Notes: generated from the letters alone by a model not told the origin. A stretch of 64,000 nucleotides of DNA from Candidatus Thorarchaeota archaeon (GCA_963726195.1 CAVSBO010000007.1:32001-96000), one strand, 5' to 3'. Shown: positions 9,460 to 19,381, numbered from the stretch's first letter. Numbers and translations: made by a program.

Positions 9460-10648
9460 ATGCCCACAGCAATGCTTCTGATTGATTGGGACAGTAAGAT
9501 AGGTGCTGTTTTGAAAGCAAAGGTTCCCAAGGATTTTGCTGACTATTACAAGGAAGACCTGAACACAGAAATCATGCGTATCTTCACGTCGCATGCTATG
9601 GGTGACGCCACTGCAGGATTCTCGTCTCTAAGTATTCGAATCGGCGGCGAGGAGTATGGCGTCGCATCATACTATACAGGAATCCTTCGCGAGGAGGAAC
9701 AGTACTGTGTGTCGCTGCTTCTGACTCCTTCTGAAGATCCGAAGATGTATGAAGCGGCAATAACCTCCATTGTTTCTCCGCTCACGAATGCAGTTGTCTC
9801 AATGACTGATGCTGAGTTTCAAGCAGAGTTTGAGAACACCTACCGTAGAATAATCAGATTGGCTGGCATGACCGATGAGTCGCGTCTTGCTCGACTATTC
9901 GCTGACGAAGTCTCAAGGGCTGTCTTTCCCAAGCTTTGGAAGGGAGGCATATCCAAAGAGGATCTTGAGGAATGGCTGAAGATGGTCACAGGCCTACCTA
10001 GCGTCAGCGTGGACTCCATACTATCACCATTTGAGGAGCTGAGGTATCATCAAGACCGACTGGGTCGACGAGATTGGTAGGACCTGTATCTTCATGATAA
10101 AAGACCTCGAAGTTTTCCGTGCCCCGCCACTACAAGCCATGGAGGCTGCTGGTTCAATCCTGGATCCTGAGCTTGCAGCTGAGTACAAGGGCGAGGTGCT
10201 TGAGTTCCTGACAGAGTGGCAGAAGACACCTGACGATACAGTGGCCGTTGCTCAGGTTTTGGCAGACCCCGATTGTTATGATATGATGAATGAACTGAGG
10301 CGTCGGCCTGCAAACATATCTGAGCTTGAGGCCACACTTGGGATTCCGCCCAAGGAACTGAAAGAGGCAATTCAGACTCTTAAGAAGTACAGAATTGTCT
10401 CTGAGAAGAGACGGAAGGGATCCTCCGGGGAGTTCGACAAGTGGCTGTTCCTCCTGAATGATATCCGTGTACGGCTCTTTTTCCCTGAGTATTTCTTGCA
10501 GTCTCTCATAGTCGACCTCGAGAAGACGCCAGACGATCCGAAGGCAAGGGAGATGGTACATCACCACCTGCGCCTGCTACGAGAACAACTTCCCACGATG
10601 AGAGTATTGTCAGCGTTGGTGAGCGTTACCTGTTTGGTGTTCGCCTAG
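9460..10648 (+). CDS. uDENN/longin-like N-terminus plus wHTH protein (split by +1 indel near 10040; C-terminus possibly also shifted)
   Basis: IDWDSKIGAVLKAKVP uDENN-type start; removing one A in gagctgAggtatc joins ORFs 9460..10080 and 10094..10648 (EELGIIKTDWVDEIGRTCIFMIKDL). Confidence 0.6.
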
Positions 10649-10827
10649 GTCAGAAGCCTTCTGCGTATTCTCTGGCCCATTAGAACGTAGTTGGCGTCAG
10701 GATTCTAGAACAGGAATAGAAGAAGGGCTCAGGCGAGGAATTCGGCGAATTATGACTAGACACCGGCTCCGCTCGCCCGATATGTTGTCTTCCTGCTATA
10801 TGAGCTCCTCCATTCTTGGGCTCGTGA

Positions 10828-11450
10828 TTGGCAGTTATTGGTTCTCTAGTTAGGAGATATCGTTGAAGACTGTCTGTCGGTTGATTGAGGGTTGGGGGCT
10901 GAAAGCATTTTCGGTGAAAACCGAATGAACGCAAAAACAGGCGGACTACCAATCGTTCCTCCGGGCGGTCCTTGGTAAGACCCTCTGAGAGGAGCCAATG
11001 CCCTCCTGTGGACAACTACGGTTCACAGGACCGCAACTAGTTTAGAGCCCGGTGCCAGTTCCAGAATTGGGACTGGCACCCGCAACATCTTCTTATGATT
11101 GGGCTTTCGCCCTGCCGATTCCTGAGCAACCATCCTCAAAGTCTCACCCAAACACCGGATGAACCGGGTTCGTTGTAGGCACCGGCAAGATAGGAAAATC
11201 TGACCATTGACAGACCGTTTAATGCAGCCTTTGTGAGAGTCGGCTATCTGTCGACAACTTCGTGATAAACGCGACAAAGAAGATCCCACAATCGGTTGAC
11301 GGCGAGGGGAAGTTCCTTTTGCTTTCGAAGACTAGGTAAATTCATAAGCTTCGTTTGCCAAGGATGCTTGGTTGATTCGGGTTTCCGGCCTGAATCAATT
11401 CCGTAAGAGTGGTTATGTCGAGGAGCGCGGTTCCCGTCTGGAACTCGCTT
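10828..11450 (+). ncRNA. Candidate large structured non-coding RNA of unknown family
   Basis: No credible ORF; nested long-range helices and many local hairpins with plus-strand G-U pairs and GNRA loops; TATA-like GCTATATG at ~10795-10802. Confidence 0.6.
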
Positions 11451-11615
11451 AAAAAACGGTCCCTAATCTCCGAGTTTCCAATTGGTCCCCCTTGCCATTG
11501 CAAGTACTTGCGCATTACCGGTTTTTGCCGCGCGCCCCGACAATCGAGCTCACGGAAGCGGGAGCTGCACGATGTGGGCTTAGGCCTAGCGGCTTCCGCC
11601 CACCTTTGTCTCGGC

Positions 11616-12524
11616 TCATCTCATCGCATTTTGGTACCAGATTCGTCTGTATCTTTCCTTGTAGCCAGCCGCACAGTACATCTTCATGGCAGGAACGTTT
11701 CGGCTGTCCGTGATCAACTCTGATTGCATCACGCCCATAGAAGCCGCGCGAATCAACACCTCGCTGAGAATTGAAGCCCAAAAACCGTGATGTCGGGAAC
11801 GAGCTGTCACAACAATCCCATCCATGACCAAACGTCTCATTTGGACAGGACTGCCCGTCGGTCCGAGCAGCGTTCCAACGCAATATGCTGCAGTACGTCC
11901 CTTGTGCAAACCAAAGACGGCCAAGTCTTGGCAGAACGTGTCAAGTTGAATCATTCTAAGGTAGTCGTCAGGGGTGACCTCTTTGTAGTTGAATAGACCC
12001 TTGAACAGACTGTTCTGGAGAGATGCCCATGTGCCCGCGTCTTCCTCTCCTATGGATCGGTAGGTCAGTTCACTCGGACGAGCTTGAACTTGACCGATGT
12101 CAAAATGAACAAGCTTGACCCACTCCAGCATGGGCTCGAAGCCCCGTTTCTCCAAGAAAGACATTGTATCAGGTCTGAAGCTTGGCACATTGCAGATGAC
12201 CTTCTTTGCTCCCAACTCTTCGGCTCTTGCAACAAGATTGGCGGGCAGCTGCGCCCCGATGCCCGCCTTCCTGAATTTTGGATGAACGTACATGGTCAGA
12301 AGAACGATGGATTCAGTTCTCTCTGTACCCTTGACAGTCACTCCGAATGCCGCGACCTGTCCTTTGTTGCGTACTAGGACTATATCACGTGCGATATCGA
12401 TACCGGGGACCGAATAGATTTGCCTGAAGTAATCTCAATCTAGGTCCATGTGGTCGGGATTGTCAAGGCCATTGGCTGCATTATAGATTGCCGCAATCCT
12501 TTCAAAAATGGATGAATCAACCAT
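11616..12524 (-). CDS. Tandem GNAT acetyltransferase (MshD-like architecture) with in-frame UGA at codon 30
   Basis: YVHPKFRKAGIG and NVPAMKMYCAAGY GNAT motifs; the frame continues upstream through TGA (12435-12437) to ATG at 12524. Confidence 0.7.
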
Positions 12525-12728
12525 GTGTGGCACTGACGATTCTTCCTACATATTCTCATGGTATCCTCGCAAGACGTTGGGCCTTCCATGGATTAAAGTA
12601 CCACAGTATGCACAGCATAAGAGATTCAATGGCATAAATCGCGAGAAGCTTTAATTTGCATCAAGCCCCTGAATGACTTGCTAGGATTGACCCGCGGGGT
12701 TTAGTTCAGACTCTTGTTGGTGCCCTGT

Positions 12729-14473
12729 ATGATTCACAACACTTTCTTGGTATACGCTGGAACGGTTCTCGCCTCGTCACAGTACTGGCCGACCACCGTC
12801 ACCCCTGACGAGATTGACGAGTTCATTACAACGAGAGCAGACCTTCTAGCGGAACACGGCGGCTCCATGGACCTCCCGCTCATAATCGGGGACAAGAAGT
12901 TTCTCGCGCGAACTGTGGAGTCTGACATGCTTCTCATCTTTGTCACCGACAAGGGTGAGGATGAGCGTGTTGTTGCCGAGAGACTCGACACAGCGGCAAA
13001 GGAGCTGGCAAAGAAGATCAGAGCGAGCGGGATTCGTGGTATTGCAAAACAATATGCCACACTCATTGAGCCCATGATCACTACTAGGCTCAAGATTGCC
13101 CTTGTGGGAGAGGGTGGTGTTGGAAAAACAACAACTCTGCAACTACTCTTGGGCAACAGTCCTCCATTGTCCTATGTGCCCACGATTGCATTGAACCTTG
13201 AAACGGTCGAGAACATCCGCTTCGGCAGCTACTCTCTTGTCCTATGGGACTTTGCAGGTCAGGAGCGTTTCAGAACTCTGTGGAAGTTCTATTTCCATGG
13301 GGCGGATGTCATATTCTTGGTATGCGATTCGACCCTACGTAATGTGATTGTTAGCAAAGACATACTGAAGCTGATAAGACGCGACGCGCCCAAGGTCCCG
13401 GTGTTTGCGTTGGCAAACAAACAGGACAAGCCCAATGCGATGAAGCCCGAGGTTATCCAGAAGATTCTCGGCATTCCCACCTATCCTATGGTGGCCATCG
13501 ACAGGGACCGCAGAGATGAGATGCTCAAGATACTGCTGACAGCCGCTGCTCAGTTCGTCGGTGTGACTTTGCCCGATGTACCCACTTCCGAGCTGTTTCG
13601 ATTCAGTGACCAAGCCGCAAAGAGCACGATGAAGGGTAAGGCAGCCGCTCGCGAACCGCCACAGCCAGAAGAAGCAGAAGAGGAAGTTATCGAAGAAGTG
13701 CTGGTTGACGAGCAGGGCAATGTGGTTGAGGGCTCAGAGGAATACGAAGTCGTGGAGGAAGTCGTCGAGGTCGTCGACGAAGAGACGGAAAATGAGGCCG
13801 AAGCGGCCCGACAGCCGCAGAGGAAGCACCTCTGGAACAGGAGCAGGGAGAAGCACCCCTGCAAGAAGAGCCGGAGGAGACGGCCGAACAGGAGCAGGAG
13901 GAAGCACCCCTCCAAGAAGAGCAAGAGGAGCCGGCTGAGACCGAACCGGAGATTGAGACAGAGAGCGAGTCTGGTTTCGGAGTCACAGAAGGCGAGGTGG
14001 AATCATCGGCAGAAGAGGAGCAACCGGTGGATAGCGCCTATCCCGAAGAAGAACCCGAAGAACAATTCTCGAGCTCAGAGGTTGCTAGTGATTCTTCCGA
14101 TGTTGCCAAACAGCTGATTGCAGATGCCTTGGACGCAGACGACATAGTCGCCGCAGAGATAGACCGGGTCCCTAGTGAGCATCTAGGCGCAGCTCTGGAC
14201 GCTATACGATGCGATGAGACACTGTCAACAGAACCTGAGAACGATAACGTCCATGCGGTGGGCAACAAAGCCCGACGAGACTTGGACAAGGTCCTAGGTC
14301 CTTCATCCGGCAAGGAAAGCGGCGCCTCTGATCGTCGTAAGATATCTGAGAGCCCGATGGCAGTGGATCAAGATACAATCCGTGAGCTAGACAAGATTAT
14401 CGATAACTCAAACACAGAAGAAAAGCCAAAGTCTACTCGCACAAGGCTGTTGTATGACGACGAGGACGAGTAG
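12729..14473 (+). CDS. Longin-like domain + Arf-like small GTPase + long acidic tail (frameshift near 13808)
   Basis: GEGGVGKT, VPTIALNLETV, WDFAGQERFRTLW, NKQD; N-terminal longin-like MIHNTFLV...LLIFVTD; Glu-rich tail continues in the frame of ORF 13997..14473. Confidence 0.82.
13835..13930 (+). repeat. Imperfect 51-bp tandem repeat (about 2 copies) encoding EQEQxEAPLQEExEExA
   Basis: GAACAGGAGCAGG..GAAGCACCCCT.CAAGAAGAGC starts at 13835 and at 13886. Confidence 0.85.
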
Positions 14474-14632
14474 CCATTCTGTCAATTGGCTCAGTATAAT
14501 ATCATGTGTTCTTGCTTACCTGAGTCGCGTTGTCATTGATGAACCCGTGAACTGCTGGCAGATGGCGTGGTTGAATCCTGCTTTCTCCATGCTCCAGCAT
14601 CCCACGCTGCACGACACGGAAGACTAAATTGC

Positions 14633-15007
14633 ATGTCAGAGTATAGTCAAGTACGGGGTTCTATATTGAAGCTGAAGGACTTGGAAGCCGGCAAGAACAT
14701 CTCTGAGCTTCTAGTTAGGGTTGTGTCCGTTGCACCAGGCCGGATAATCTCAACACGAACTGGTCGCAAGACCCAGCTCACAGAGATCTTGGTGGCAGAC
14801 GAAACCGCCACGGCGATTTTCTCCTTGTGGGGCTTCGGCGAGGGTGCATCTGTTTCCGCAGGGAAGGTGATAAGAATCACGAACGGATGGGCAAAAGAAT
14901 GGCAGGGAAAGATACAGTTGTCGCTGGGACGTTCCGGTAGTTTCGAAGAGGTACCGGATGACGGAACGCTTCCATCTATAAGCGAGCTCAAGGCCGATAA
15001 GAAATAG
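14633..15007 (+). CDS. Single OB-fold ssDNA-binding protein (SSB/RPA-like)
   Basis: ILVADETATAIFSLWG, GKVIRITNGWAKEWQGKIQLSLGRSG. Confidence 0.85.
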   Translation: MSEYSQVRGSILKLKDLEAGKNISELLVRVVSVAPGRIISTRTGRKTQLTEILVADETATAIFSLWGFGEGASVSAGKVIRITNGWAKEWQGKIQLSLGRSGSFEEVPDDGTLPSISELKADKK

Positions 15008-15030
15008 AACGTGGTCTGAAAGAGTACAGT

Positions 15031-15531
15031 GTGATGCATATGGTTGAGGCATACCTCTCGGGACCTATCGTGGACGCTAGCCTTAGGAAAGATGAATTCT
15101 ACCGTGTCGTTGTCGAGATACTGGAGGAGCTCGGCATCACAGTCTTTGCGCCGCAATTCAGTCCGAGACTCAATCCCATCGAGACTTTCAAACGTGACAC
15201 AAATGCGCTAAGAATGTGCGATTTTGTTGTCGCAGAGATCTCAAGCCCCTCTCTTGGCGTTGGTATGGAGATCATGCTCGCGATTGATTTGGTAAAACCA
15301 GTTCTCATGTTCTGCAGTAAGGGTTCTAAGGACGTTTCCTATATGGCGTTAGGAGCTGAGGGGAAAGCGCTCTTTGAGTATGAGTCGGCAGGCGATGTGC
15401 GAACCATCCTGCTGGAACGCAATCTTGATAGCTTGATGGTCCAGCAATGTCCGTCGTGTTCCTCGCAAGTTGTCGAGATCACTGATGAAGGACTTCGGTG
15501 CGTGGTGTGCTTGCGTAAGTTCGCGGTGTAG
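15031..15531 (+). CDS. Nucleoside 2-deoxyribosyltransferase/DNPH1(Rcl)-like protein with C-terminal Zn ribbon
   Basis: YLSGPI, CDFVVAEISSPSLGVGMEI, CPSC...CVVC. Confidence 0.8.
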   Translation: MMHMVEAYLSGPIVDASLRKDEFYRVVVEILEELGITVFAPQFSPRLNPIETFKRDTNALRMCDFVVAEISSPSLGVGMEIMLAIDLVKPVLMFCSKGSKDVSYMALGAEGKALFEYESAGDVRTILLERNLDSLMVQQCPSCSSQVVEITDEGLRCVVCLRKFAV

Positions 15532-15534
15532 AGA

Positions 15535-16482
15535 ATGACGGAGCCTGGGGCAGTTCATGCCCGGTATCGTCTTCGGGTCGTTTTGCTGCTTATCCTATCC
15601 ATCTCGATGGTATCCACCGCGAGTATTCTGATACGCCTCAGCACATCGCCGCCACTTGTTAAGGTATTCTGGAGAACCTTGTTTGCTTCGATGATTATGA
15701 CATCGGTGGGTGGTCTCCGCGGGAATCTTCATGCGGTTAAGGAGCCGACTCTTAGGAGCAGATGGAGCTGGCTAGTGTTCATAGGCATGATGCTCTCGCT
15801 GCATTTCTCATCTTGGTTTGTATCACTTTCCATGACGAGCGTCGCAGCGAGCGTCGTATTGACAGACTCATCGCCAATTTTCACAGCTGTTCTTTCAGTT
15901 CTCATATTACGCGAGCCACCTCGGCGAAGAGCATGGGCAGGAGTCCTTATCGCCTTCACAGGGGCGTGTGTTCTTGCAATAGGTGACGTTGAATCCGGCG
16001 GGACTGAGGCGCTCTCGGGGGACCTCCTTGCTCTTCTCAGTGCTTTCTTCGTGTCAGTGTACTTCATAGGCGGCAGAAGGTACGCTAGGGGAATTCCGAA
16101 TTCAGTTTACACCGCTGTCGTCTACTTGTCCGCTGCTGGAACGACGCTGGTACTGTGCGTGATATCTGGATCTGACATAGTAGTCCTAGTCCCGTCCGAA
16201 GTGGCGTTGTTCATTGCACTTGCAGTGTTCCCGACTGCTTTGGGCCACTCAGTGAACAACTATCTTCTAACCTTGGTTCCGGCTTACGTCGTGTCGTCTG
16301 CAATGCTCGGGGAGCCCATAGGTGCGACACTCTTGGCAGCACTAATCCTGCGAGAGACCCCGTCTGCAGTCACTCTTGGGGGATTCGTGGTCATCCTTCT
16401 GGGAGTTGCACTTGTGTTGATGGGGCTTCCTAGGGATGAAACGACGATTCACTCAGCCCTTGATGACTCCGATGGGCCGTAG
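15535..16482 (+). CDS. DMT/EamA family transporter
   Basis: 10 TM segments, SPIFTA, GDLLAL, LGEPIGA. Confidence 0.88.
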   Translation: MTEPGAVHARYRLRVVLLLILSISMVSTASILIRLSTSPPLVKVFWRTLFASMIMTSVGGLRGNLHAVKEPTLRSRWSWLVFIGMMLSLHFSSWFVSLSMTSVAASVVLTDSSPIFTAVLSVLILREPPRRRAWAGVLIAFTGACVLAIGDVESGGTEALSGDLLALLSAFFVSVYFIGGRRYARGIPNSVYTAVVYLSAAGTTLVLCVISGSDIVVLVPSEVALFIALAVFPTALGHSVNNYLLTLVPAYVVSSAMLGEPIGATLLAALILRETPSAVTLGGFVVILLGVALVLMGLPRDETTIHSALDDSDGP

Positions 16483-17904
16483 TCTGACGGCCTTTGTGGC
16501 AATTCCAATCTCATGTGAGACTCTGACGACCTCGTCAACGTCTTTGTAGGCTCCGGGGGCTTCTTCAGCTATACCTATCGCCTGCGGCGACTTCACGATG
16601 ATGCCGCGACCCGCAAGCTCTCGCTGTACCTCGCCGCCCCTGAACTCCTTTGTTGCTCTCTCCCGACTCATGAATCGTCCAGCTCCGTGGGCGGTTGACC
16701 CGAAGGATAGCTCCATGCTTTTCGGATTTCCAAGAAGAATGTAGGAAGCAGTACCCATGGTACCTGGGATTAGAACGGGCTGACCAATGTTCTTGTACTT
16801 TGCAGGAGTCTCCGGATGACCGGGCGGAAAGGCACGAGTTGCTCCCTTTCGATGAACCAATACCTTCTTCCTCTTGCCATCTATGGTGTGTTCTTCCACC
16901 TTGGCCACGTTGTGACAGACATCGTATATCATGTGCATGTCTAGATCTTCACTGGATCTTTGCAGTAGCTTGGCGAAAACCTCCCTTGTCCAGTGCATCA
17001 TGCACTGCCTGTTCGCCCAGGCGAAGTTAGCTGCGGCACTCATTGCACCTAGATATGCTTGCCCCTCGGGTGACGTTGTAGGTGCACTGCAGAGTTCTCT
17101 ATCAGGCACTTGAATGTTGTATTTCCTCATGGCTTGGGTCATCGTCTTGATATAGTCGTCACAGACTTGGTGACCGAGCCCGCGAGAGCCACTGTGTATC
17201 ATCACAGTGACCTGTCCCTTTCTTGTAATTCCCATTGCCTTTGCAGCACTTGGGTCATAGATTTCGTCAACGAGCTGGATTTCAAGAAAGTGATTGCCAG
17301 ATCCCAGCGTTCCGACTTGATTCCTTCCTCTGGCCTTGGCTTCTCCCGAGACTTTCGTTGCATCGGCAAACGGTAGTTGTCCCCCAGCCTCGGTGTATTC
17401 CGAATCTTCTTCCCAGCCAAAACCATGTTCGACTGCCCACTTAGTCCCCCCGTTGAGCACCTTGTCGACCCCTCCTAGGGCCTGCAAGTCAATCTTGCCA
17501 GTTCGGCCGACGCCCGTGGGAACATCTATGAACAGGCGGTCGATTAGGTCCTTCAGTTTAGGTCGAACATCGGCCTCATCAAGATTCGTCCTAATGACAC
17601 GGACTCCACAGTTGATATCATAGCCGACTCCGCCAGGTGATATGACACCCTGCTCGTAGTCAGTTGCTGCAACTCCGCCGATTGGGAATCCATACCCTTG
17701 GTGCCCATCTGGCAATACGATGCTGTGAGTGTAAATGCCCGGAAGACACGCAACGTTGACGCCCTGTTCGAAAGTTGCGTCCTGCTGCATTTTCTTTACG
17801 AGCGATGCTGAGGCATACACCCTAACGGGCACTTTCATGCAATCCTTCGTGCCCTTCGGAATCTCGTACACATTCTCAGCAATCTTCTTTATTTCCAAGG
17901 TCAC
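16453..17904 (-). CDS. rtcB: RNA-splicing ligase RtcB
   Basis: PDGHQGYGFPIGG, GYDINCG, GTLGSGNHFLE, HRKGAT, HGAGR, EEAPGAYK. Confidence 0.97.
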   Translation of the reverse strand: MTLEIKKIAENVYEIPKGTKDCMKVPVRVYASASLVKKMQQDATFEQGVNVACLPGIYTHSIVLPDGHQGYGFPIGGVAATDYEQGVISPGGVGYDINCGVRVIRTNLDEADVRPKLKDLIDRLFIDVPTGVGRTGKIDLQALGGVDKVLNGGTKWAVEHGFGWEEDSEYTEAGGQLPFADATKVSGEAKARGRNQVGTLGSGNHFLEIQLVDEIYDPSAAKAMGITRKGQVTVMIHSGSRGLGHQVCDDYIKTMTQAMRKYNIQVPDRELCSAPTTSPEGQAYLGAMSAAANFAWANRQCMMHWTREVFAKLLQRSSEDLDMHMIYDVCHNVAKVEEHTIDGKRKKVLVHRKGATRAFPPGHPETPAKYKNIGQPVLIPGTMGTASYILLGNPKSMELSFGSTAHGAGRFMSRERATKEFRGGEVQRELAGRGIIVKSPQAIGIAEEAPGAYKDVDEVVRVSHEIGIATKAVRLRPIGVIKG

Positions 17905-18048
17905 TCATTCCGTCCTTCTGGCACTCTCTTTCTCGGATGTGCTATAAGTATTGTGAACGCGTCTCGTCCCGCGCCTTTATTACTTAGGTGCTCTCATCGT
18001 TGCTTGGGGCTGTTGGCCCACGCACGAACAGGAGGTCGATGTAACTAA

Positions 18049-19083
18049 GTGGCGAAGGTACGTCTGACTGCAATGGTTACTCAGCACGGATGATCATGCA
18101 AGGTCCGTCAAGAGGATTTGACACGACTTCTGCAGGCCGCGGGTCTGCTTCCACCTGGTGCCTCTCATGCGGGGGACATCGGTCGCGATGCAGTAGTTCG
18201 CATCCTGAACGATGACATAGCTGTCGTCGAGAACGTGGACGTTTTCACACCAATCCACGACGATCCTCATGCTCAAGGAGAGATCGTTGCCTGCAATGCG
18301 ACTAATGATGTCTACGCAATGGGCGCGGTCGATGTGATTTCTCTTCAGGCCTTTCTCGGGTATCCGGCAGAGCTTCCCGAAGAGATGGCTGCCGAAGTAC
18401 TGAGGGGAATGAACGACTTCATGACTGCAATAGGCTCACAGGTCACAGGTGGCCAGACGATAAGGAATCCTTGGCCTGTCTTCGGAGGGATATGCCTCGG
18501 TGTCGCTCACCCGCGCGATATCGTGTACCCAAATGGTGCGAAGGTCGGCGATGCTGTTGTCTTGACAAAGCCTCTTGGAATACAGCCTGCAATGAGATCC
18601 TACAGGGAGCTGAATGACGAAAGGCGTGACCGCCTACTTGAGCGATTCAAAGAATCCGCCTTGCTGGCGGCTCAAGAAATTGCTGTCCGGGTGATGACAA
18701 AGAGCAACCTCGAAGTTGCCAAGGCGATGAGGGTTGTGAGAGTGAACGCAGCGACCGACGTCACAGGCTTCGGCTTGATAGGTCATGCAAGCAACATCGC
18801 ATCGATGAGCGGTGTTGATGTTGTGTTCGACAAGATTCCTGTAATTCGAGGAACCCTTGAACTGGCTGAGTTCTTCGGTCACAAACTCTCAACAGGCCTT
18901 AGCGCGGAGACGGCTGGCGGAATGCTGTGTTTCATGCATCCGAGCAAAGTCGAACGGTTCAAGGCTATTCTGAGTCAGTCCGGTCTTCCGTGTTGGGCAG
19001 TTGGCAAGACAGAGAAGCCAAAGGTATCTCCAACCGCGAGGCTTGCGGAAGGGGTACAGTTTATTGAGACCGAGTTCCCGTGA
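18049..19083 (+). CDS. selD: Selenophosphate synthetase, selenoprotein form (Sec at UGA 18091-18093)
   Basis: GTG 18049 reads MAKVRLTAMVTQHG-U-SCKV in frame with ORF 18118..19083; NDVYAMG, GGQT, LTKPLG, ATDVTGFGLIGH, AETAGGML; GGAGGT upstream. Confidence 0.93.
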
Positions 19084-19121
19084 AGCCGCCAAAAACCGTG
19101 AGGGAAAAGCGGCTGAGGACT
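19073..19121 (+). promoter_or_regulatory. SECIS-like element (eukaryote/Asgard-type core) overlapping selD stop
   Basis: AGUUC/GGACU lower stem; GUGA...GA tandem G.A core; AGCCGC/GCGGCU upper stem; unpaired AAAAA; CC-GUGA-GG ministem. Confidence 0.72.
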
Positions 19122-19210
19122 GCCGTCGTGAGCGGCCGGTTTCATTTGATTGAATGCACTTGTGAGATTGCAGTGAAACGCACACGCTATGCGGGGACAG
19201 GAGATGCTGT

Positions 19211-19381
19211 TCAGCTGAATCTAGGAGATGTTCTCAGTTTGTACAGCAAGTCGTCGATTCCCTCAAGCGGCTTCGTATCTATCTCAGGATCTATGAACTT
19301 CCTAAGTTCCTTCAGTTCACTCTCGTCTTGTTCATGAAAGAGCCAAAAGACCTCAGGGGATGTTACTTCAGACTCGGTCAT
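19211..19381 (-). CDS. Small hypothetical protein (56 aa)
   Basis: MTESEVTSPEVFWLFHEQDESELKELRKFIDPEIDTKPLEGIDDLLYKLRTSPRFS preceded by SD-like GGAGAGTGA; below the ORF-track cutoff. Confidence 0.45.
   Translation of the reverse strand: MTESEVTSPEVFWLFHEQDESELKELRKFIDPEIDTKPLEGIDDLLYKLRTSPRFS

Noticed and set aside
10992-11024. GAGCC...ACGGUUC resembles group II intron domain V
   Set aside because: Only the bottom 5 bp fit. The upper stem and GNRA loop are absent, a stronger 10-bp hairpin overlaps it, and no domain VI, GUGYG start or RT ORF is present.
11303-11316. GAGGGGAAGUUCC as RNase P CR-I or HEARO/omega-RNA motif
   Set aside because: Other RNase P conserved regions were not found in order, and there is no IscB/TnpB ORF nearby; the segment forms a local hairpin.
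10680-11883. Short ORFs (10680..11015, 11023..11289, 11409..11723, 11515..11883)
   Set aside because: No motifs and atypical composition; best explained as chance ORFs over a structured region.
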